This document shows positions 11,035 through 17,831 of a stretch of DNA of 64,000 nt, piece by piece. The stretch spans positions 39,127 to 103,126 of the forward strand of contig JBGQFD010000001.1 of the NCBI GenBank assembly GCA_041496705.1. Direction: 5' to 3'. Within the stretch, counting starts at the first letter, position 1; the number at the start of each line of letters is the position of its first letter. This DNA is from Gammaproteobacteria bacterium (GTDB taxonomy: Bacteria > Pseudomonadota > Gammaproteobacteria > Burkholderiales > SG8-39). Made by a program: the position numbers and the translations under genes. The notes under the pieces are model-generated. The model worked only from the letters and a program-made list of their open reading frames with translations, made no database searches and had not been told where the DNA came from.

Positions 11035-11438
11035 TTGGCCGTGCGGGTGAAGCTAAACACTTTGGTGAACCCCAGTATGTCGGTCACCAGGAGAATGACG
11101 AACGCCAGGAACCCGACCAAGAGGGCGGCCGAGATCGCATCGCCGCCTGCGGGAAGCGCGTCCAGGCGCGCGGCAACGCGCTCGATTTCGTCATCGCTCA
11201 GGGCGTCCACCCGGGCCTTCGCGTCCGAGGCGCTGACGCCATGGCGCTCCAGCCCGGCACGGACGTCGTCGCGCGCGAGAAGGGTCGCAATTCGTTCGCG
11301 CGCGCTGGCGCGCAGCGGCTGTACGGTGTCCGCCTCATCGGTCGCGACCAGTTCCGCGTGAGCCACCGGAACCGGCAGGCCGAAGCAGAACATGCTGACG
11401 ACGAGCACGCGCGCGACGCTCCTGTAGACGCTCTTCAT
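11031..11438 (-). CDS. PA2779-family protein (signal peptide, helical periplasmic region, C-terminal TM anchor)
   Basis: 135 aa with signal peptide ending VAHA, the SDDEIERVAARLDALPAGGD segment and the hydrophobic tail AISAALLVGFLAFVILLVTDILGF. GGAGAG Shine-Dalgarno upstream. Usual partner of PA2778-family peptidases. Confidence 0.7.
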   Translation of the reverse strand: MKSVYRSVARVLVVSMFCFGLPVPVAHAELVATDEADTVQPLRASARERIATLLARDDVRAGLERHGVSASDAKARVDALSDDEIERVAARLDALPAGGDAISAALLVGFLAFVILLVTDILGFTKVFSFTRTAK

Positions 11439-11480
11439 GTTGTTCTCTCCTGGGTTGAATCGTTCGTGGGTAGCGGAATC

Positions 11481-11963
11481 TTACCCCCGCACGAGCTTTC
11501 CCTCGACCACGCGCACCTTGTCGCCGACGGCGAACGCGGGAGGGCTTGAGAGCGACACGGTGCGAAACGACCCGTCGTCCATGCGCACCGTAACGCGGTA
11601 GGCGTGGCGCTTCTTCACCCCCGGCTCGCCCGTGGCAAAGGCACCCCCAGCGAAACCCAGGATCGTCGTGGAGCGACCCGCCTCCGCATCACCGCGCCGT
11701 CCGCCGGCTTGCAGTCCTGCGGGAGCCCCGGCATCGGCGCCGTTTTCTGCAGACTCGTCTCGAACTTCGAGAATCCGGATCGATACAACCCCGCCACAAA
11801 TCGCGCAACTACCGGCCCGAGCCGTCACGGCCGCCGGCGCTACCGCCCCCGGCCGAACCCCGGGGTGTCCGCTGAGCATCTCGATCGCCAAGCCGAGCAG
11901 GGCTGCGCCGGCCGCGATTGCTGCCAGCGGGCCGATCCAGGCCCAGGACGTTCTAGCGCTCAT
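11481..11963 (-). CDS. small membrane-anchored protein, related to glycine-zipper / 17-kDa-antigen-like proteins
   Basis: 160 aa starting at the internal Met of ORF 11481..12047. GGGAGAAG Shine-Dalgarno 6 nt upstream. N-terminal TM helix, CAICGGVVSI motif, and C-terminal YRVTVRMDDGSFRTV...GDKVRVVEGKLV. Confidence 0.55.
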   Translation of the reverse strand: MSARTSWAWIGPLAAIAAGAALLGLAIEMLSGHPGVRPGAVAPAAVTARAGSCAICGGVVSIRILEVRDESAENGADAGAPAGLQAGGRRGDAEAGRSTTILGFAGGAFATGEPGVKKRHAYRVTVRMDDGSFRTVSLSSPPAFAVGDKVRVVEGKLVRG

Positions 11964-12043
11964 GAATAGCTTCTCCCTCGGGACGCGTACGCGCCTGGAC
12001 GAGTTTCCGGCGCGACAGAATCGTGCAATTCCGGCAGGACACG

Positions 12044-12058
12044 GCAAGCACCGTGCCA
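12044..12058 (-). promoter_or_regulatory. sigma-54 (-24/-12) promoter
   Basis: The minus strand reads TGGCACGGTGCTTGC, matching the TGGCACG-N4-TTGC consensus at every fixed position. It lies about 80 nt upstream of the 11963 start codon and directly downstream of a sigma-54 activator gene. Confidence 0.65.
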
Positions 12059-12123
12059 GAGAGTACTTGAACAGTCGCTTCAGATAGTTATGCGGGAAAT
12101 CGAGACGCGCACCGAGCCCGAAG

Positions 12124-12141
12124 TGTCACCTGAGGACGACG
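12124..12141. promoter_or_regulatory. second, imperfect TGTC-N10-GACG site
   Basis: TGTCACCTGAGGACGACG, matching 7 of 8 half-site positions, about 70-85 bp upstream of the -24 element. Confidence 0.3.
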
Positions 12142-12190
12142 CCCGCTTGAGCGCAACCGAGAATCAAGCTGAATCGAAAAGGATTTGCCC

Positions 12191-12208
12191 TGTCGCCCCG
12201 GGGCGACA
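12191..12208. promoter_or_regulatory. candidate enhancer-binding (GlrR/QseF-type) site TGTC-N10-GACA
   Basis: Perfect palindrome TGTCGCCCCGGGGCGACA about 135-150 bp upstream of the sigma-54 promoter. It has the same half-site and spacing pattern reported for E. coli GlrR. Confidence 0.45.
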
Positions 12209-12222
12209 CGGGGCACGCGCGT

Positions 12223-13563
12223 TCAGCTCTTTTCGAGCTTGAACATCTTGGATTCGAGCTGGTGGCGCTCCAGGAGCTTGTAGAACTCGGTGCGGTTGCG
12301 CTGCGCAAGCTTCGCCGCCTGGGTTACGTTGCCCCCGGTCATACGCAGAATGCGAACCAGATAGTCGCGCTCGAATGCGCCGCGGGCCTGTTCGAGCGAA
12401 GCGAGCGGCATCGGCTGCTCCTTGAGCGCTTGCTGCGCCAGGGAGGCCGGTACTACGCCGGAGGGGCACAGTGCCACCATCTGTTCCACCGCGTTGACCA
12501 GCTGGCGCACGTTTCCGGGCCACGCCGCTGCGAGGAGCAGCTCAAGCGCCTCTGGCGCAAAAGCGCTCACATCCTTCTTGTAGCGCTCGGCGGTGCTCTT
12601 GAGGTAGTGCATGGCGATGGGAGCGATGTCCTCGCGCCGCTCGGCGAGAGGCGGCAACGCCAGGGAAACGACGTTCAGGCGGTAATACAAGTCTTCCCGG
12701 AAGCGCCCTGCTTTCATCTGGGCGTCGAGGTCCCGGTGCGTGGCGGAGATGACGCGCACGTCCACCGGCATGCCCTGCGTGGCTCCGACCGGCCGCACCT
12801 CGTGGTCCTGCAGCACGCGAAGCAGCTTCGCTTGGAGAGACAACGGCATGTCGCCGATCTCGTCCAGGAAAAGCGTGCCGCCGTCGGCCGCAGGCACCAA
12901 CCCCTTGTGATCGTACATCGCACCGGTAAAAGACCCCTTTCGATGGCCGAACAACTCCGATTCGAGCAGGTTTTCGGGAATCGCGGCGCAGTTCACGGCC
13001 ACGAAGGGCCCGTCGGCGCGGCGGCTGGCACGGTGGATAGCCCGAGCGAGGAGTTCCTTTCCGGTGCCGCTGGCACCCTGGATGAATACGCTCGCATCCG
13101 ATTGAGCGACCAGCCGCGCCTGGTGGAGCACGTTCTCCATCTTGGGGCTCTGCGTCACGAACTCGCGCCGCCAGTCCTCCTCGATTGTCCCCGGCCCGGA
13201 TCCAGAGAGCCGCAGCGCCTGCTCGACCTGCTCGAGCAACTGTTTTCCGTCGAACGGCTTGGGCTGAAAACCGAATACACCGCGCCGGGTGGCGGAAACG
13301 GCGTCGGGGATCGTGCCATGCGCGGTCAGGATGATGACGGGGAGCATCGGCGCCTGCTTGCGCACCTCCTCGAAAAGAGACATGCCGTCCATCCCGCCCA
13401 TTTTGAGGTCGGTGATGATCAGGTCGGGCCGGGATGCTGCGAGCGCGGCGAGCGCCCTTTCGCCGCTGTCCACAGCCTGAACGCGGTAGCCCGCGGCGCT
13501 CAAACGCAATGACAACAGCTTGAGGATGTCAGCGTCGTCGTCGACGAGAAGAATCGTGCTCAT
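12223..13563 (-). CDS. sigma-54-dependent response regulator (NtrC family, GlrR/QseF-like)
   Basis: 446 aa with a receiver domain (LLVDDDADILK...ITDLKMGGMDG), AAA+ motifs GASGTGKE, ESELFGHRKGSFTGA and GTLFLDEIG, and a C-terminal Fis-type HTH (GNVTQAAKLAQRNRTEFYKLL). Confidence 0.9.
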   Translation of the reverse strand: MSTILLVDDDADILKLLSLRLSAAGYRVQAVDSGERALAALAASRPDLIITDLKMGGMDGMSLFEEVRKQAPMLPVIILTAHGTIPDAVSATRRGVFGFQPKPFDGKQLLEQVEQALRLSGSGPGTIEEDWRREFVTQSPKMENVLHQARLVAQSDASVFIQGASGTGKELLARAIHRASRRADGPFVAVNCAAIPENLLESELFGHRKGSFTGAMYDHKGLVPAADGGTLFLDEIGDMPLSLQAKLLRVLQDHEVRPVGATQGMPVDVRVISATHRDLDAQMKAGRFREDLYYRLNVVSLALPPLAERREDIAPIAMHYLKSTAERYKKDVSAFAPEALELLLAAAWPGNVRQLVNAVEQMVALCPSGVVPASLAQQALKEQPMPLASLEQARGAFERDYLVRILRMTGGNVTQAAKLAQRNRTEFYKLLERHQLESKMFKLEKS

Positions 13564-14066
13564 TTTGGTCGTGCCTTTTCGCGCTCGATGATCCCGCGTT
13601 CGATGGCTTTCAAAGCGTCGAGTTGTTCCCGCAACTGCGCCGAGCGACGCTGCTCCCGGGTGCGCTCGCTGATCTGCGCGTACAGCAGCCCTGCAAACTG
13701 CTGCAGCGACCCCTTCGGCAGCTCGAGGGCGGCGGACTCGGCGAGCGGCTCGAGCAAGCCGGCCGCGCGAGTGTCGTCGTTGAAAGCGGTTCCGGGCAGG
13801 GCGAGCAGCAGTGCCAGCCTGACCCGCCCATAGACGCCCCGGCCCTTGGAAAACATCTGGGTCGAAACGTTCAACTCACGCCGCTGCTCGTCAGCATGCA
13901 TGGCCGCGACTCGCTGAACGTAACCGACGAGTTCCGCGACCACGCGGGCTTCTTCGGCCTCGCGTGTCTGCACTACGGCGGGCGAGTTCCCGCCCGCGAA
14001 CGGAAAAGCCGCGCAGCCGGCCAGTACCGAAGCCCACGTTGCCATTATCGCCAGACTAAGACGCAC
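13560..14066 (-). CDS. helical lipoprotein, positional equivalent of QseG/YfhG
   Basis: A GTG start at 14066 gives the signal peptide (M)RLSLAIMATWASVLAGC with a lipobox. The ATG at 14045 is the alternative start. It overlaps the kinase stop and the regulator start, so all three are tightly coupled. Confidence 0.55.
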   Translation of the reverse strand: MRLSLAIMATWASVLAGCAAFPFAGGNSPAVVQTREAEEARVVAELVGYVQRVAAMHADEQRRELNVSTQMFSKGRGVYGRVRLALLLALPGTAFNDDTRAAGLLEPLAESAALELPKGSLQQFAGLLYAQISERTREQRRSAQLREQLDALKAIERGIIEREKARPK

Positions 14067-15531
14067 GGCCCCGGGACGCAGCGGCGACGAGCGGAATCGA
14101 GACGCGGAAATGCGCACCGCCGGCCTGGTTGTCCACGACCTCGACCCTCCCCGCATGAGCAACAACGAACTCCCTGACGATGGCGAGCCCCAGGCCGCTG
14201 CCCTGCACCCGACCGTGATGCTGGTACTCGCCCTGATAGAACCAGTCGAAAATCCTCTCCCCATCCTCGGGCGGTATACCCGGGCCCGCGTCCCCGACGT
14301 CCAAAATCACGTTATCTCCCTCGCGTCGCAGCGCCAAGGAAATAATACCCCCATCGGGGGAGTATTTGATCGCGTTTGAAACTAGGTTGGCCACCACCGC
14401 GCGCAGCTTGTCCGCGTCCGCCTCGAGAGCGACAGGCTGCAGTTGCAGTTCCGCGCGAATGCCCCTGGCCCGGGCCGCAAGCCGATGATCCTCGATGACC
14501 TGGTCCACGATGCGATCGAGTCGCAGCATCGACATGTCCAGTCGCCCGACACTCTCCTGGGCGCGGTGGTAACTGAGCAGGTCTTCGATCAGAGCCTGCA
14601 GCTGCACGCTCTTCTGCTGCAAGATGGCGACGATCTCCCGTTGCGGAGCGGCGAGCGGTCCGGCCGTTCCTTCCATCAAGAGTTCCGAGCCTTCCCGCAA
14701 CGCCGTGAGCGGCGTCTTCAGCTCATGCGAGACGTGGCGCAGGAAGAATCGCTTTTGCTGTTCCAGCTCGATCAGCCGCTGGCGCAGCCACTCTAGGCGC
14801 CCCCCGAGATACTTCAGGTCGGCCGGCCCGCCGACGCGAATGCCGGCATCGAACTCACCCGCACCCAGCCGCCGGATCGCCTGGTCGAGTTGCCGGATCG
14901 GCCTGGCGATGAGCAGCGTAACCCCGACGGCCAGGAATATTCCCAGCGGAATCGTGGCCGCCAGCTGTAACCAGAGCGTTTTCTGCGCGCGCTCGGCCGT
15001 GCGACGCATTGAGTCGATCTCCCGATCGATCAGGGCGTTGCTCGTGTTCAGCACTTCACGAGCCAGCTCCGACAGCGAGACATAGCCTTCTATGAGGGCC
15101 GTCTTCTCCGCGCGAACCGACGGACGGCGCAGCAAGGTTTCGTACAATCCCTGTTCCTTGTCGATCGTGGCGTTGAGGCCGCGCAATTGCAGTTCGTCCA
15201 GCGGCTGCAGGGACAGTTCGCTCGTGTTGGATTTGAAGTTCCCTCTCAACCTGGCGTAGTCGTTGAGGAGCTCCGCGTCATCGAGGATCAGGTACTGGCG
15301 CGCCACCCGCTCGAGCGCCGTCGTCTGCTCGACCAGCAAGCGGCTGCCGCGCGAAGCCTGGGCTGCCTGCGAGACTGCGGTCTGACTTTGCCCCGCAAGC
15401 TCCTCGACGTACACTGCCGCGTTGTAGAACGCCACGATCAACGGCGCGGCCACCAGTGCGAACGCGAGCAGCAGCAGGCTGAGGAACGATCTGGGGTAGT
15501 AGCGACGGGGAAAGTCGAGCCCGATTTTCAT
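14056..15531 (-). CDS. sensor histidine kinase (two TM helices, periplasmic domain, HAMP, HisKA, HATPase)
   Basis: 491 aa with H-box RHVSHELKTPLTAL, N-box NLVSNAIKYSP and G-boxes DVGDAGPGI and GSGLGLAIV. Confidence 0.9.
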   Translation of the reverse strand: MKIGLDFPRRYYPRSFLSLLLLAFALVAAPLIVAFYNAAVYVEELAGQSQTAVSQAAQASRGSRLLVEQTTALERVARQYLILDDAELLNDYARLRGNFKSNTSELSLQPLDELQLRGLNATIDKEQGLYETLLRRPSVRAEKTALIEGYVSLSELAREVLNTSNALIDREIDSMRRTAERAQKTLWLQLAATIPLGIFLAVGVTLLIARPIRQLDQAIRRLGAGEFDAGIRVGGPADLKYLGGRLEWLRQRLIELEQQKRFFLRHVSHELKTPLTALREGSELLMEGTAGPLAAPQREIVAILQQKSVQLQALIEDLLSYHRAQESVGRLDMSMLRLDRIVDQVIEDHRLAARARGIRAELQLQPVALEADADKLRAVVANLVSNAIKYSPDGGIISLALRREGDNVILDVGDAGPGIPPEDGERIFDWFYQGEYQHHGRVQGSGLGLAIVREFVVAHAGRVEVVDNQAGGAHFRVSIPLVAAASRGRAS

Positions 15532-15623
15532 CGACGCTATAATGCCGGAGTTTTCGACCGGACGCGCCGCGCCGAAACCGCGCAGAGCCCGGCAACAGAC
15601 ATTTCAGCCGGTTACCAATAACC

Positions 15624-16121
15624 ATGAGCCTCGCCCGATCCGTCTCTATCATCGCCGCGGTGGGCGGCAACAGGGTCATAGGTCGCGGCGGCCGCTTGCC
15701 GTGGCACCTTCCGAACGATCTGAAGCATTTCAAGCAGGTGACCCTTGGCCACACCGTGATCATGGGACGCAAGACCTTCGAGGCCATCGGCAAACCTCTG
15801 GCGAGGCGCAGCAACGTCGTCGTGACGCGATCGCGCGAGTGGAATCACCTGGGCTGCAGAACCGCTGCATCACTCGAGGCGGCTCTGGAAACTCTAGGGC
15901 CGGCGGAGGCCCCTTTCGTAATCGGCGGCGCGGAAATCTACGCACTCGCCCTGCCCATCGCGGGACGCCTCTGCCTGACGGAAATCGAGCGCGATTTCGA
16001 CGGCGATACCTTCTTTCCCGAGTTCAACCGGGCCCAGTGGCACGAGGTATCACGCGAGTCGCAGGTGCTCGAAGGCGGCGACGGCTTCCGTTACGCCTTC
16101 GTCGAGTACCGGCGCGGCTAG
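15624..16121 (+). CDS. folA: dihydrofolate reductase
   Basis: 165 aa with IAAVGGNRVIGRGGRLPW, LKHFKQVTLGHTVIMGRKTFEAIG and VIGGAEIY. Confidence 0.95.
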   Translation: MSLARSVSIIAAVGGNRVIGRGGRLPWHLPNDLKHFKQVTLGHTVIMGRKTFEAIGKPLARRSNVVVTRSREWNHLGCRTAASLEAALETLGPAEAPFVIGGAEIYALALPIAGRLCLTEIERDFDGDTFFPEFNRAQWHEVSRESQVLEGGDGFRYAFVEYRRG

Positions 16122-16149
16122 AAGCCCGCGCCGTTCCTGCTGCAATCCG

Positions 16150-17367
16150 CTAGATCACCCGGACTTCCGGTAGCGGAAACCCGTTGAAGGTGCTCGCGTA
16201 GGCCGTCGTATACGCGCCGGCATTCTTGAGGTAGATGTAGTCGCCTTCCTGGAGGTCCGAAGGCAACGGCTCGTCGCGCATCACGACATCTATCGAATCG
16301 CAGGTCGGCCCGGCCACGTTCCACGGAATGTCAGGCCCGGAGCGGTCGGTGCGAATCTTGTACTTGAGCCCTTCGGCCGTTTCTATAATTCCGCCGAACA
16401 GACCCGCGTCGAGATGCATCCAGCGCTTGCCGGCGCGTAGCGCCGTACCCATGATGCGGCAGACGAAGTAGCCGGCATCGGAGACCAGGAACCGCCCAGG
16501 TTCGGCAATCACCCGTACCGAGGCCGGAAACGTTTCCAGCGAGCGGTTAACGACCTCGCCGATGACCTCGATGGCCGGAATCGGTTTTACGTGCCTGACC
16601 GGAAATCCCCCCCCGATGTTGAGGAGGCGCGGGTTGAGCCCGGCCTTGGCCATCTGATCGAAAACCGCGCGCGCCTTCTCGATGCCTACGCGCCAATTCT
16701 CGGGGTTGCGACATTGCGAACCCACGTGAAAGGCGATACCGGCCAGGTCGGCCTTGATTTTCGCGGAGGTGGCGATGATTTCGCGAATCTCGGAGGCGTG
16801 GGCGCCGAACTTGCCGGCAAGCGGCCAGTCGCTGCCGATGTTGGGCGTATCGATGCGCAGGTAAAGTTTGGCGTCGGCCTTGACCGAATGGATTTTCCTG
16901 ACCTCATCCACGCTGTCGACGACGAACCATTCCACGCCCTTGGCGGCCGCGTGCGCGACAAAATCGCGCGGCTTGATCGGATTCGAATAGTAGATTTCGC
17001 TCGCCGGTACGCCGAGGGACGTGAGCAAATCGACTTCGGCGGTCGAGGCAATCTCGAATCCGGCGCCCTCTTCGATCAGTACCCTGACGACGCGCGGGTC
17101 CGGATTGGCTTTGACCGCGTAGTGCGGATGCACGCGCGGCATGGCCGCAACGAAGCGCCGCGATTTTTCGCGAACGATGCTCGAATCTATCAGTAGGAAG
17201 GGCTTGCCGTAGCCGTCTTTGGCGGCTGCCCGGACCTTCTCGAAGTCCAGGCTCGACTCAGGGTGAGAGTCGAAAAGATGGGATTGTTCAAATGCCTGCT
17301 GTCGGATGGATCTGATGGTTTTTCTTGCTACGCCGGCGCGCATCTGCATCGGAAGGGTCTCCAGCAC
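16150..17367 (-). CDS. fold-III PLP-dependent decarboxylase (ornithine/lysine/DAP decarboxylase family)
   Basis: 405 aa with HYAVKANPDP (PLP lysine), FHVGSQ, IGGGFP, EPGRFLV and CDSIDV. The listed start appears to be GTG. ATG alternatives lie at 17349 and 17343. Confidence 0.85.
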   Translation of the reverse strand: MLETLPMQMRAGVARKTIRSIRQQAFEQSHLFDSHPESSLDFEKVRAAAKDGYGKPFLLIDSSIVREKSRRFVAAMPRVHPHYAVKANPDPRVVRVLIEEGAGFEIASTAEVDLLTSLGVPASEIYYSNPIKPRDFVAHAAAKGVEWFVVDSVDEVRKIHSVKADAKLYLRIDTPNIGSDWPLAGKFGAHASEIREIIATSAKIKADLAGIAFHVGSQCRNPENWRVGIEKARAVFDQMAKAGLNPRLLNIGGGFPVRHVKPIPAIEVIGEVVNRSLETFPASVRVIAEPGRFLVSDAGYFVCRIMGTALRAGKRWMHLDAGLFGGIIETAEGLKYKIRTDRSGPDIPWNVAGPTCDSIDVVMRDEPLPSDLQEGDYIYLKNAGAYTTAYASTFNGFPLPEVRVI

Positions 17368-17371
17368 GAAC

Positions 17372-17437
17372 CTACGTTACGGGAATGTCGAGTTCGGAAA
17401 AATCCTGCGAGCCGTAGCACTCCCTAGTGCTTGTCAT
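17372..17437 (-). CDS. candidate 21-codon upstream ORF (MTSTRECYGSQDFSELDIPVT)
   Basis: AAGGAGGT Shine-Dalgarno with a 4-nt spacer before the ATG. Its TAG stop lies 4 nt before the decarboxylase GTG. No homology is known to me and GC3 is only moderate. Confidence 0.25.
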   Translation of the reverse strand: MTSTRECYGSQDFSELDIPVT

Positions 17438-17550
17438 GATGACCTCCTTCTGTGCTGGTTCGCCACGCATGTCCAATTCCCCAAAAAACATCGGGCCCGG
17501 GTTTGACCGTCCGCATTGCAGACAACCGAACCGCAGCCCGTTTGCACACG

Positions 17551-17578
17551 ATTATAGGGACGGCTTTCTTGAAATCAA
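17551..17578 (-). promoter_or_regulatory. near-consensus sigma-70 promoter (TTGATT-N16-TATAAT)
   Basis: The minus strand reads TTGATTtcaagaaagccgtcccTATAAT. The nucleotides were cross-checked against the translation of overlapping track ORF 17427..17690. It lies about 180-200 nt upstream of the decarboxylase start. Confidence 0.5.
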
Positions 17579-17831
17579 GCGGGATATTTGGCATTTTCCG
17601 CACCTCCCCCACACGACCACGCTCGCCACGGTCCCAACCCGCACACAAGTAATGGTAGGGAAACCACCGCTGAAACGCAAGGGGCAGTAGTCCAAAGACC
17701 GCCCTGGCGCGCCGACGCCGGCCACGCCGCTGCCCCGCGTCCCCCTGCCTTGGGTTCGGGCGCGGCGGCGCGTTATCGCCCCGTCCCGCGGCCTCCCGCT
17801 CGGAGCCTGCCGATGCCGGAATCGACCAGCT

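Noticed and set aside
12176-12208. GC-rich hairpin (TGTCGCCCCGGGGCGACA) 15 nt after the response-regulator stop, considered as a rho-independent terminator
   Set aside because: On the transcribed (minus) strand the stem is followed by AGGGCAAATCCTTTTCG, which is not a proper U-tract. The TGTC-N10-GACA pattern and its position upstream of a sigma-54 promoter explain it better as an activator site. A dual role cannot be excluded.
17589-17602. TGGCATTTTCCGCA on the plus strand, considered as a sigma-54 promoter
   Set aside because: The GG-to-GC spacing is 2 nt too short compared with TGGCAC-N5-TTGC, and there is no plus-strand gene downstream, since both flanking genes are on the minus strand.
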